Part shown: positions 53,996 to 63,799 of the stretch, piece after piece
How positions within the stretch are numbered: position 1 is the first letter of the stretch
Layout: each line of letters starts with the position of its first letter
NCBI GenBank assembly: GCA_000092065.1
Contig: CP000587.1
Length of the DNA stretch: 64,000 nt
Origin: Ostreococcus lucimarinus
Lineage: Eukaryota
Direction: 5' to 3' (one strand)
Made by a program: the position numbers and the translations under genes
Notes under the pieces: model-generated
The model's database searches: none
What the model was told of the DNA's origin: nothing
The model's input: only the letters and a program-made list of their open reading frames with translations

Positions 53996-54709
53996 ATGTC
54001 GAGCTCGTTCGCGCGCGCGGCGTTACGACGCGCATCGCTCGCCGCGTTTCGTCCCGCGCGCGATCGCGCGTCGTTTTCCGCCGCCGCGACGTCGTCGCCG
54101 CACGCCACGACGGTGCTGTGCGTGCGCAAGGATGGCGAGACGGTGATCATGGCGGACGGTCAAGTCACCATGGGGAGCGAAATCGTGAAGCCAAACGTGA
54201 AAAAAGTGAGAATCATCGAGCCGGGCGTCGTCGGTGGGTTCGCGGGCGCCACCGCGGACGCGTTCACGCTGTTTGAACGACTTGAACAACAGCTCGAGCA
54301 GCACCCGGGGCAATTGACGAGGGCGTGCGTGGAGCTGGCGAAACAGTGGCGCACGGATAAGTTTTTGAGAAAACTCGAAGCGACGATGATCGTGGCGGAC
54401 AAAGAATCGAGCTTTCAAATCACCGGTTCGGGAGACGTGCTGGAACCGCACGATGGGGTGATTGGAATCGGAAGCGGAGGGTCGTACGCCTTGGCGGCGG
54501 CGCGAGCGTTGGTGGACGTCCCGGGGATGAAGGCTTTCGATATCGCGAAAAAGGCGATGACGATCGCGGCGGATACGTGCGTGTACACGAACCATAACTT
54601 CACCCATCAAATCATCGGAGGACCGGACGCGACGACGAAGGCGGAGGAGAAATCGGACAAGGGCAAGGAGACGAAGGCGTCGACGAAGGCGTCGACGAGC
54701 GGCGAGTGA
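53996..54709 (+). CDS. hslV: ATP-dependent protease subunit HslV (ClpQ), mitochondrial-type presequence
   Basis: ATG at 53996. After an R/S-rich presequence the mature part begins with Thr ([23 protein letters not shown]). It is near-colinear with bacterial HslV ([52 protein letters not shown]). Confidence 0.9.
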   Translation: MSSSFARAALRRASLAAFRPARDRASFSAAATSSPHATTVLCVRKDGETVIMADGQVTMGSEIVKPNVKKVRIIEPGVVGGFAGATADAFTLFERLEQQLEQHPGQLTRACVELAKQWRTDKFLRKLEATMIVADKESSFQITGSGDVLEPHDGVIGIGSGGSYALAAARALVDVPGMKAFDIAKKAMTIAADTCVYTNHNFTHQIIGGPDATTKAEEKSDKGKETKASTKASTSGE

Positions 54710-54814
54710 AGTCATCCTCGTGCGGCTATGCGCTCGTTTACTTTTTACAGCATTTGCGTCTCGTCTATCGCTATTTTAGGAAGTATTTTACTCGTGTAAC
54801 CAGTGTAACCATTG

Positions 54815-55325
54815 CTAGAATCCAACCGACCAAAAGTCTTCGCCGCCGGACGCGTTCATCAGCTTGGCCGCGTTTGGGTCGTCGAGAAACGAAGGACCTT
54901 TGATCGCGGGCAAAACGCGTTCACCATCGTCGTCGTACAGAACTTCATCTTCGGAAGGAACGTCTTCGATCCAAACTTTCGGATCCGCCTTCATCGCCGT
55001 GCGCTTTGCCGCCTTGGACGTCTTATTTTCTTTCTTCTTCGCGTGCGCGGCGGCGGCGGACCAAGGTCTCTTCGCGCGCGTCGCCTCTTTCCGCGCGCGC
55101 CGTTTTTCCTCAAACTTGGCTCGTCGCTCGTCTTTTCGACGGCGCTTCGCCATCTCCTCGTCCTCGTCGTCGCGGGCACCGCCGACGTTCGCGGCGTATT
55201 CGGCTAATAACTTTTTCTTAATCTCGCGCTTGCGCTTTCTCGCCGCCGCGCGCTTCGCCTCTTCTTCTTCACTCAAAACCACATTCGCGTCGCCGACGTC
55301 GTCTGCTACCGCTTCCGGCTCGCCT

Positions 55326-55357
<32 letters not shown>

Positions 55358-56089
55358 ATCTTCGTCGTCGCTCGCGTCGCTGTCTTTCTTCGCGTCGTCT
55401 TTAACGACTCGCGTCGGCGCCGGCTCGTCGACGTCGCCCGCGCGCTTGAAATGCGACCCAGCGCGCAGTTCTTCCAAGCGCGCCTCATCACCGACCAACT
55501 CCGCCGCCGCCATTGCGGTGTTGATGCTCACCGCGTCCACGTCCATGTTCTGCCCCACCATCTCGTCGAAAAGTTTCAACGCGCGCGCGCCGTCGCCCGC
55601 GCGCGCGCACGCCCCCATGGCGACGTTGAAAGATATCACGCTCGGCTCGTGCCCGATCTCGCGCATCTCTTCGAACAACTTCAACGCCTCTTCAGGTTTC
55701 TCCGCCTTGACGTTCGCCACCATGGCGGCGTTGTAATTCACCGCGTTTCGCTCGACGCCGAGCGCCTTTTGCGCCGCGAAGACGTCCAACGCCGCGTCGA
55801 AGCGTTTCCCTCGATTCAATCGCGAGATGAACGTCGTGAACGCCCGCGGGTCCGCGCGCAGCGGTCGCGGATTATCGTCCGCGCTCATCGCGCGCGCCAG
55901 CGCATCGAAAATCGCGCGGCGCCGCTCGTTCGCGTCGAGCGCGCTTTCAGCGATTCGCGACAGCGCCTCCGTCGTCTCGTACACCACGGACCCGTGCGGC
56001 TTGTACCCGGCGCGCTTACCCGACGACGGCTTCTTCTTCGCCTCGCGCGGCGTCTTCGCGCCCGCGGCGCGACGCGGGTGCGGCGCCAT
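54815..56089 (-). CDS. Pentatricopeptide-repeat (PPR) protein with an acidic/basic C-terminal tail
   Basis: ATG at 56089. Three to four PPR-like units (YNAAMVANVKAEKPEEALKLFEEMREIGHEPSVISFNVAMGACARAGDGARALKLFDEM) are followed by a DE-rich and then a KR-rich region. Confidence 0.5.
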
Positions 56090-56208
56090 GGCGTCGACGC
56101 GCGTCGTTGCGGCGTCGCGCTGTGCCGCACACGCGCGCGCGCGGGCGAACGACGCGCGCGCGCGACGCGACGCCGGAACGCGCGCGATCGGAGCGAACGC
56201 GACACGCC

Positions 56209-57057
56209 ATGGACATCTTCGGCAGCCGTCTGCGCGCGCAGGAAGGGGCGTTCTTCAAGAGCGAAGCCGAGCGAGACATTGAAAAGTTGGCTGCGAGACG
56301 ACGCGCGCGAAACGCGGACGGCGCGGAGGCGCTGCTCGCGAGCGGGGACGATGAGAAAGACGCGCGCGCGAGTTCGTCGTCGTCGGCGAGTGGGAACGAC
56401 TACGCCAAGGCTGGGAGCGCCGCGCGCGGCGGGGTGGACAAGCTCGGCAGCGTGTACGCCGAGGAGCTGCGGTTGCCGGGGACGACGACGAACGCGCGCG
56501 CGACGCACTTGCGTCGAACGGTGGGGCGAGGTGATGAAACCAAACGCGATGGCTTGCGTCGCGCGGCTAGCGACGGCAGAGACTCGATATTCGCCGCGCA
56601 GACGTTGGGAAGTAAGCTCAATAGACGCGACTGGATGCGCGAGGTGAGCGCGGATTTACGACGCGCCGCGGCGGAGCGCAAAGCTTTGAGTCCGATGGAA
56701 ATCAAAGCTCTCGAAACGTCGCAAATGGCGCAAAGACACGCGATGGTGGGAGGATTGCGCGCGCTCGCGTATGGAACTGTTTTGGCGTTCGTCGGCGTCG
56801 TCGGCGGCAGCGTCGCGGCGAGTTCGTTGTTCCAGATAGATTCGCACGGCGATTTCGAACGCAAATTTCGAGCGACGTTCGAGCCACACGTGCAAGCCGC
56901 GCGCGCATCAGCGGAGCCGTATAAAAGGTGGATCGCCGCCGACGGCGGCGAGGGCGTTGCGAGTCGCGTCTCGCTACTGGAGAACAGCGCTATGGTTTCT
57001 CGACTGCGCGCGAAACTCGGTCGACGGAAAGACGACGGACATTCGGGGCCGTTCTGA
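56209..57057 (+). CDS. Hypothetical protein with one predicted transmembrane helix
   Basis: The ORF start at 56107 is TTG; ATG is at 56209 (MDIFGSRL). A hydrophobic segment reads MVGGLRALAYGTVLAFVGVVGGSVAASSLF. I recognise no family. Confidence 0.35.
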   Translation: MDIFGSRLRAQEGAFFKSEAERDIEKLAARRRARNADGAEALLASGDDEKDARASSSSSASGNDYAKAGSAARGGVDKLGSVYAEELRLPGTTTNARATHLRRTVGRGDETKRDGLRRAASDGRDSIFAAQTLGSKLNRRDWMREVSADLRRAAAERKALSPMEIKALETSQMAQRHAMVGGLRALAYGTVLAFVGVVGGSVAASSLFQIDSHGDFERKFRATFEPHVQAARASAEPYKRWIAADGGEGVASRVSLLENSAMVSRLRAKLGRRKDDGHSGPF

Positions 57058-57256
57058 GACGGTTTAGCGTCGTTAGCTCAATTAGTTTATACACCTAGCG
57101 GAAATTAAAGGAGACGCCCGTCATCGATTTCATTTCGTGCCATCGCCACGACGGTCGCCGGAAATCGCTCGATGGCGCGACGACTGTCGTTTCATTGGTG
57201 TGCGCTATTCACTTACATCCTATTCATTCTACATCACGTCGTTTCATTCATGGCTC

Positions 57257-59179
57257 CTATTCCATATCGTCGAACACGTCTAAATCGGGCGGGCTCACCA
57301 AGGCCTCTTCTTCCCCGTCCTCCGTCTTGACGACGTCCACCAACACGGCAAACGAAGGCTGGGACTGTGGACGTTCGGGAAGCGATGCGGAGACGCGTAG
57401 CGGCGAGGGAGCCTTAGCCGCGCCCTCGTCGGCCGCCAATCGTGGTCGTGCACTTCTGTCTTGCGCTGCGTTCAGACCGAATCGCGCGGCGAAATCGCAC
57501 GCCGAGGCTTCGGCGACTCCTAGCGCTAAAGATGGTCTCCTTTTTAGAGACGCTTGCGCGCCGAGCGCTCGCGCCTCGAACAAGTCTCGATATGCGCGCA
57601 AAGTCGGATTGAGCGACTCCCAGGGCATCGTCGTCGCGCGTCGATCGCCGTCGAGAGAGTTCGCCCTGACGAATTCGCGAGCGTCGACCAAGCGCGGGTC
57701 CTCCGCATCGACGCGTGCGCTCGCCGGGACCGACGGTAAAGAGTACTCGTTGTAGTCTTCTTTGAACGGCAACGGCGTGTAGAGCAAAAAGTCTCCTGCA
57801 TCCGTGAGCCGCGGCGTAAGGGCGCCGATGTGGATTGAAGTCGTGCCTTCCGTGAACGCGCCGCGAACGAGTAGCGCAAGCTTTGCGTCATCCAGAGCCC
57901 TTGCGAGCGCGCTAAGTGCCGTCGCGTCCGCCGCCGCGCGCTCTTGGCTCAAACCAGTCGTCTTCGTACTCGGCTGCGGTACGCACACCGATGGCTCGCC
58001 AACGCTGAGCCACAACGGGCATTCATCCATGCTGATTGAACCGATTACTTTCATGCTCTTTTCGAATCGCATCGACAAGCGGCTTTCGGTCTCGGCATCA
58101 ATCGGTATGTGCTGCTTGCCGTACCGAAACGCCTTCACGTGGCGCTCTGGCGGCACGAATTCGCCGTCAAGATCGTTGACATTCCTGTACGTAGTCTCCA
58201 CAAGCGTCTGATGCGACTCCTCCGGACGATCCGCGAGCTCCTCGCTGTATCTATTGAGCTTCACCGGCACCGCTTCCGTGTTCAGCTTGTAAAGCGCCAC
58301 GTTCACACCCGCGTTGAAACCGAAGGATAGAAAACCGCGATAGCCAGACGTCGGTCGCACGCGCTTAATCTGCAAATCTAAAAGAAGCGCGCTCGCGCCG
58401 ACGACGGCGCTATCGTTACCGGCGTCGGCAGCGGCGAGAACATCGCACGCCTGACGCAAAGCCTCGAAATCCGGTTCGCGAAACGTTGCCGACGCAGTCA
58501 CGCGAACGCCTGCGTCGCCGCGCGCTCGAGACATCTCGCACGCGTCGACGACGCCGACTTTTAATCGAACGTTTTGCGCTTTCATACCATCTAATAGCGT
58601 CGCCACAAACTCGTCATCTACCGCACTTTGCATCGTCGCCGCGCCCGTGGCATCGGTGATCAAAACAATATCCTTCACGCAACCAGCCAATCGCTTCTTC
58701 GTCGCCGCGTTGACGCCTTCCGGCGAGTACTGGCGTATGAGCGAATCACACGCTACGGCGAGCGCCTCAGGAACGTCCGCGGCGCCGTCAACCGCCGCCG
58801 CCGTCTCTAAAATATCCCTCTCGTACTCCAACCCCGTCTTGCTCTCCGGCGGTCGCAGCTGTCGCGCCGTGACGATGCCGGCGTATTCGTCGCCCTCACC
58901 GTCGTCGTCGAGCGCCGCCGCCGCAACATCGTTCGACGTGTCTCGCGCGCCGAAGAGCGTCAACCCGAAACAATGGTCGCGTTGCGATGGCGTACGTAGC
59001 TGCGTTTTCGCGTTAACGCACCCGCGAATACAAGACGCGACGATGGCTCGTGCAGACGTCGTCGCGACGTGCCCGTTTCGACGCGCTTCGTCTTCGTCGT
59101 CGCCCGCGCACGCGACGACGCAGCGATCGAGCGCGGAGACGTCGACGACGAACATCACCGCATGATCGCGCGCCGACAT
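57257..59179 (-). CDS. KU80: Ku80 (XRCC5) DNA end-binding protein
   Basis: ATG at 59179. There is an N-terminal vWA-like domain (MFVVDVS...) and a Ku core with GFRYGKQHIPIDAETESRL and ALSALARALDDAKLALLVRGAF, which matches Ku80 (GFRYGSDIVPF / [20 protein letters not shown]). Confidence 0.7.
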   Translation of the reverse strand: MSARDHAVMFVVDVSALDRCVVACAGDDEDEARRNGHVATTSARAIVASCIRGCVNAKTQLRTPSQRDHCFGLTLFGARDTSNDVAAAALDDDGEGDEYAGIVTARQLRPPESKTGLEYERDILETAAAVDGAADVPEALAVACDSLIRQYSPEGVNAATKKRLAGCVKDIVLITDATGAATMQSAVDDEFVATLLDGMKAQNVRLKVGVVDACEMSRARGDAGVRVTASATFREPDFEALRQACDVLAAADAGNDSAVVGASALLLDLQIKRVRPTSGYRGFLSFGFNAGVNVALYKLNTEAVPVKLNRYSEELADRPEESHQTLVETTYRNVNDLDGEFVPPERHVKAFRYGKQHIPIDAETESRLSMRFEKSMKVIGSISMDECPLWLSVGEPSVCVPQPSTKTTGLSQERAAADATALSALARALDDAKLALLVRGAFTEGTTSIHIGALTPRLTDAGDFLLYTPLPFKEDYNEYSLPSVPASARVDAEDPRLVDAREFVRANSLDGDRRATTMPWESLNPTLRAYRDLFEARALGAQASLKRRPSLALGVAEASACDFAARFGLNAAQDRSARPRLAADEGAAKAPSPLRVSASLPERPQSQPSFAVLVDVVKTEDGEEEALVSPPDLDVFDDME

Positions 59180-59269
59180 CGCGCGAGCGAGTTCCCCGTG
59201 CGCACGAGTCGAGCTGTGTCGTACACACAGATTTCTGTTAATACACGCGACGCACGCGGCGGTGCGGTG

Positions 59270-59935
59270 CTATGATTCCTTAGTCGAGGCGGCGATGATG
59301 GCGTCCACGCTCAACACCGGAGGCGCGAGTCCTGAAAAGTCTTCCCATGCAGTGTCGTCTACGCTTGTTCGGCGCCAGTACTTGCGACTAGAGTCGTTCA
59401 AATCCAAAACATCAACCTCCAGCGGGACGAGAAGACCGACGCAAAACGATTCAGGAACCGCACCGCGAGACTCGATCAACGCTTTCGTGGCGCGCTCGTA
59501 GACGGCATCTTGACGGTCTTTCGCGAGCACGTCCGGTGGGTAGAAGAATTGCGCTCGATCACCGAGATCGAGCTGCTCCCAAAGCGCGTTTCGACTCCCG
59601 CTCTGGGCACTGGTTTCGAAGCGCATCGGTCCTCGAAATCGAAACTGGACGCGCGCGCTCGAGAACCACCAGCAAATCTCGACTTCGTCACTCGCGCGCT
59701 TGGCGAACTTGTTGCTGTTGGAACTGAGCTTGCACGAGAGCGCAAAGCGGTCGTCGATGTCCACGGCGAAGCCTTCAAAGACAACCGTTCTCGCGCGCGG
59801 TGTCACCCCCCTTGGCCCGTGCTCGACGGTTGAAAGCGTAAAGTAGGACGCGCATGACGGATCACGCATCATCGTGTCTTGCAGTGGTTTCACGTACGGC
59901 GCGGACGCGCCCGAGACGCTCACATGAGCGCTCAT
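59270..59935 (-). CDS. Pyridoxamine-5'-phosphate-oxidase-like FMN-binding split-barrel protein
   Basis: ARTVVFEGF...EICWWFSSARVQFRFRG resembles the PNPOx-like family. The ORF reaches ATG 60040, but that would overlap the fibrillin gene by 68 nt, so I chose the internal ATG 59935 (MSAHVSV). This start is uncertain. Confidence 0.45.
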   Translation of the reverse strand: MSAHVSVSGASAPYVKPLQDTMMRDPSCASYFTLSTVEHGPRGVTPRARTVVFEGFAVDIDDRFALSCKLSSNSNKFAKRASDEVEICWWFSSARVQFRFRGPMRFETSAQSGSRNALWEQLDLGDRAQFFYPPDVLAKDRQDAVYERATKALIESRGAVPESFCVGLLVPLEVDVLDLNDSSRKYWRRTSVDDTAWEDFSGLAPPVLSVDAIIAASTKES

Positions 59936-59972
59936 GTGAGTGATGAGTCGCGTTATGAAGCAAAGCGCTGCG

Positions 59973-60803
59973 TCATCCGTGAAGTCGAGTGAGAATGAAG
60001 ACGCCGCCGCGCCCTCCGCGACTGATTCGCATGGAATCATCGCAAAACGTCGTGTTCAACGACCCTCGCGGACGCGGAAGCGGAATGGAAACTTTGGGAG
60101 TTTTCGCCTCCCCGCGCGCGAACCGCAGTTGTACGTCGAAGCTCGTAAACGTGACAAACGCGCGTCGCGCGAGCGCATCCTCGGTTTCGATCTCGCCGTC
60201 GACGCCGATTGTCAGCGTCGACATCGGCAGCGTGGGAAGACTGGCTACGTCCAACTCGACCTCGTTTCTAACTACGCCCGCGTCGACGTCGACGACCTGT
60301 ACGTTTCGAGCGCCCGTGCGATTCGTCTCCGCCGATCCGGCGAGCCATGGTGCAAACTTAAAGAAGACACTGTAAAGCGTTTTCGTCACCTCTTGCACAA
60401 TCTCGTCGCTAACGCCGAGGGATTCGAGTGGGCTCGCCGAGGCTTTGACGTTGCTGTCGTCGTCGAGATTCGCGCTGTAGGCCAAAGTCCAACGTCCTCG
60501 CGCGTCGCCGTTGGACTCGAACGATTCAACGCGTTTGATTGCGCTCGCGACGTCGCGCGCGCTCGCGTTTCCTCGCCGCAAAGCCGCTACCGCTCGCAAT
60601 AACTCACGCTTTGCGTCATCTTTATCGTCGGTCGTCGCAGCGCTCACGCTCGCGCTCGCGCGCGACGACGACGACGACGAAGACGCACGCCCCCTGACTC
60701 GCTGACGCGAGCGGCACCGACTCTGCGCGTCGACGACGATCGAGGCGCGATGCGTCGCCGTCGCGGTCGCCATGCGGCGACGACGACTGAGGCCGGTCCT
60801 CAT
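59973..60803 (-). CDS. Fibrillin / plastid-lipid-associated protein (PAP-fibrillin domain), plastid presequence
   Basis: The C-terminal region (WTLAYSANLDD..., TKTLYSVFFKFAP, VTFTSFDVQL, LNTTFCDDSMRISRGGRGGVFILTRL) matches the fibrillin family end motif (TTYLDEDLRISRG..G..FVL). The ORF start at 61193 is TTG; ATGs are at 60803 and 60773. The upstream R-rich extension is not credible. Confidence 0.55.
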   Translation of the reverse strand: MRTGLSRRRRMATATATHRASIVVDAQSRCRSRQRVRGRASSSSSSSRASASVSAATTDDKDDAKRELLRAVAALRRGNASARDVASAIKRVESFESNGDARGRWTLAYSANLDDDSNVKASASPLESLGVSDEIVQEVTKTLYSVFFKFAPWLAGSAETNRTGARNVQVVDVDAGVVRNEVELDVASLPTLPMSTLTIGVDGEIETEDALARRAFVTFTSFDVQLRFARGEAKTPKVSIPLPRPRGSLNTTFCDDSMRISRGGRGGVFILTRLHG

Positions 60804-60823
60804 TCGTCGCCGCACGGTGCGCC

Positions 60824-61666
60824 ATGGACGCGACGACGACCACCGGCGCGACCGCGTCGCGCGCGAGCGCCAAGGCGCGCGAGCTCGCCATCGCGCGCGC
60901 GCTCGCGGCGTGCGAAAGAACGGCACCGGACTCGAGCGTGAACGAGCGAAAGCGGCAGCAGATTCTCGAATCGTTGAGGGACGGGTTGAAAAGCATCGAG
61001 GGTGACGTCGATGCGGCGATATGGAAGGCTTACGCGACGAGAATTGACAGATTAGATGTTCTTCACTCGACGACTCGAGGTGAGGTCGCGTCGACGAGCG
61101 GTGCGCCGCTGAACGAGACGTCGGTCGACGCACCGCCGCCGACAGCCGGCGCCGCGGCGACGACGCGACGCGCGTATCGACCGTCGTTTGCAAAGACGAC
61201 GACGCCGCGAGGCGTCGTCGCTTGCATTACGGAAGTAGTTAGCAAAGACGACGATGAATGCGCCGCGTCGAGCGCGGCGAGACGAAGTCTCCACGGACCG
61301 CCGTCGACGAAGACGCTCACGGCGGAGGACGAAGTCGAGTTGAGAAGGCAACGCGCTATACAGGACGGATTAACGGATGAGATGTCCGAGCTCGCGAGTG
61401 GATTAAAAGCTAACGCACTCGCGCTCGAACGTGGGCTTGGTCGTTCGTCTGCGGCGGTCGCGGAGTTAGAGTCGCGATTAGGCGCCAACGTTCACGGCGT
61501 GAAGTCGAGCGCGAAGCGGCAAGACGCCGCGTTTCGGGCGAACCGGCGCGGCTCCTGTTGGACGTGGCTCATACTCGCTTTAGTCGGCGTTTTATTCGCG
61601 TGGACATACGTCGTCATCAAAGTTTCTAGCGATAGGACGAAGCGTTCACGCGCCAAGGCGCTGTAA
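60824..61666 (+). CDS. Tail-anchored SNARE-like protein (Use1/Slt1-like), tentative
   Basis: ATG at 60824. A coiled coil (LTDEMSELASGLKANALALERGLGRSSAAVAELESRL) precedes a C-terminal TM (SCWTWLILALVGVLFAWTYVVIKV). Confidence 0.4.
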   Translation: MDATTTTGATASRASAKARELAIARALAACERTAPDSSVNERKRQQILESLRDGLKSIEGDVDAAIWKAYATRIDRLDVLHSTTRGEVASTSGAPLNETSVDAPPPTAGAAATTRRAYRPSFAKTTTPRGVVACITEVVSKDDDECAASSAARRSLHGPPSTKTLTAEDEVELRRQRAIQDGLTDEMSELASGLKANALALERGLGRSSAAVAELESRLGANVHGVKSSAKRQDAAFRANRRGSCWTWLILALVGVLFAWTYVVIKVSSDRTKRSRAKAL

Positions 61667-61739
61667 CAGAACATTTCTAATAAGAAAAGTAGAAAAGGTT
61701 CGAGTTCGTTCACTCGTCACTCCGCGCGCGAGCGACGCG

Positions 61740-63194
61740 ATGCGTGACGCTCATCCCGCGAAACGCATCGCCATCGTCGGCGGAGGTATTTCCGGGCTCG
61801 CGCTCGCTAAGTTCCTTCGCGACGTAGACAGCGATAGGCGACGATTCGAGTTGCATCTGTTCGACACCGGCGAGCGAGCGTGCGGCGGACGAGCGTCGAG
61901 TAAGGCTCTCGCCGGCGTCGACGTCGATCACGGGTTGCAGTACTTTACGCTGTCCTCGGACGTCGCGCGCGAGTCGTTCGCGAGGTCCCTCGTCGACGCC
62001 GGCGCGCTGACGAGATGGTCGGACGATGTCGTCGGCACTCTGGACGCGGCGAGCGGTCGTTTTACGTCGTTCAGCGACGGCGCGGAGCGCTTCGTCGGCG
62101 TCGATGGGTTTAGAGGAATGTCCGAAGAATTGGTCAAGCATTGCGATGTCGTGCATCGTCCGCAATGGGTCGGGGCGATGCATCCTGTGCGCCGCGACGA
62201 CGACGGAAACGTCGTGGAGTGGGCGTTGGCCTCAAACGAAAGCGACAGGGCGAAACAGTTGGGAACGTACGATTTCGTCGTCGTTGCACATAATGGTAAG
62301 TGTGCCCATAGATTGGCGTCGACGGCGAAGGATGAAGATGGACGCAGCGCGTGTGAGAAGGTGAAATCGTCGCTCCGATGCGGCTTCGGCGTAAAGCCGC
62401 GCGACGAGCTCTCTCGCGAAAACAAACTCGTGCTTAGCAGCGTGTGGTCGGTCATGGTAGTTTTCGACGGAGTGCACGAGTTTGGCGATGGCTTTGAAGG
62501 CGCACACGTCGTAGATGGCGGGCCTTTGTCGTGGGTTTCTAATATTTCCGCGAAACGCGGCGCGTTGTTGAAGGAGGGCGCAAAGGAAACGCGTGTCGTG
62601 TTACAATCTACCGCGGAGTACGCACGTGAAAACAAAGTACCACAAGAGGCGGTGCCGAGAACAAAGTCCAAAGAGGTGATGGAGACGCTCGTCGGAGCGC
62701 TGGAGAAGTCGCTGAAGCTTGAGCCGAACGCAATGTTGTCAAAGGTGGCGTTGTACAAAACGCAGCTCTGGGGCGCGGCGAACCCGTTGAACGTTTGCAA
62801 CGTTCCATGCGTGCTCGATTTACGAACGTCGACGGCTGCGATAGGGGACTGGTGCACGAGCGGACCCGCGTGCGTTGAATCCGCAGTTTTGAGTGCCAAC
62901 GCGTTGGCTCAGGCGTTGGACGATTATTTTCCCGACGCGACCCCCGGCGCGGCGACGAAGGCGTTGAACGCCGCGCGTCCGCGATGGACGCTTCCGAACG
63001 GCGCAACGTCTGCTCAGGGAGGGTTTCCAGGCACGAGCGTTCCCGAGATGCGCGAAGCGTCTCCAGTTCCTGAGCGAAGGCGCGGAGGAGGCCGCGGCCG
63101 CGGCCCGAGAGGCCGCGGCGGAGGTCGAGGTGGGCGAGGGCGAGGTCGCGGCGCGCATGAATCTACGGCACGCCTCGTTCGGATGGCTTTGTAG
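61740..63194 (+). CDS. FAD/NAD(P)-binding oxidoreductase (amine-oxidase / renalase-like Rossmann fold) with a C-terminal RGG-rich tail
   Basis: ATG at 61740. It has the dinucleotide-binding motif RIAIVGGGISGLALAKFL. The C-terminus is ERRRGGGRGRGPRGRGGGRGGRGRGRG. Confidence 0.5.
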   Translation: MRDAHPAKRIAIVGGGISGLALAKFLRDVDSDRRRFELHLFDTGERACGGRASSKALAGVDVDHGLQYFTLSSDVARESFARSLVDAGALTRWSDDVVGTLDAASGRFTSFSDGAERFVGVDGFRGMSEELVKHCDVVHRPQWVGAMHPVRRDDDGNVVEWALASNESDRAKQLGTYDFVVVAHNGKCAHRLASTAKDEDGRSACEKVKSSLRCGFGVKPRDELSRENKLVLSSVWSVMVVFDGVHEFGDGFEGAHVVDGGPLSWVSNISAKRGALLKEGAKETRVVLQSTAEYARENKVPQEAVPRTKSKEVMETLVGALEKSLKLEPNAMLSKVALYKTQLWGAANPLNVCNVPCVLDLRTSTAAIGDWCTSGPACVESAVLSANALAQALDDYFPDATPGAATKALNAARPRWTLPNGATSAQGGFPGTSVPEMREASPVPERRRGGGRGRGPRGRGGGRGGRGRGRGAHESTARLVRMAL

Positions 63195-63799
63195 CGGGCA
63201 CTGTGTGTAAGAATGGCATGTTAGCCCATGGATTCGCGTGACGCCGGCGCCGCAGTCGTCGTCCCTGCGTCTAGGATTTTTAGGCGTTTTCTCGTTTGCG
63301 CGATGTGACATACGCGAGCGCGCGCGCGTGAAGATACAACTGTGCGAACCACACGGGGATCGCAAACGAACGATCGCGGGCTAGAAATAGAAGAAATAGG
63401 AATGCAAAACGATTCACCCACGTCGCCGTCGCGCCCCTCGAACGCGCCTCCCTGAAACTAGGGTTAGAAACTCGGGCTGAAAACTAGGGTTAGCAGTGTC
63501 TCTGGAACATGACGCTTTTGCCGCCCTGAAAGTTGCGCGAGTAAAGGGGTCACCAAAACCACTACACTGGCGGTCGACGACGCTGGAATTTTGCATACAC
63601 GCATGAAACACGCATTTGCATCTGTGTACGCGCGCGTTTTGCGGCACTCTGGGTGCCGGCGGCGACCCGGACCTTTACGTCGTCGCGGGCGTAGGCCGCG
63701 GTTTGGGTTTTTTGGAAATGTGTGATACTGGTTTTGGGTGGAGGACTACGTCAGGTGGGGCGGGGTGAACTAGGGTTTGGAGGGCTAGGGTTCGATTTG

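Noticed and set aside
63195-63785. Small ORFs (63221..63421, 63414..63647) in the subtelomeric spacer.
   Set aside because: They are short with no motifs, and they lie in degenerate telomere-like, G-rich sequence, so they are most likely non-coding.
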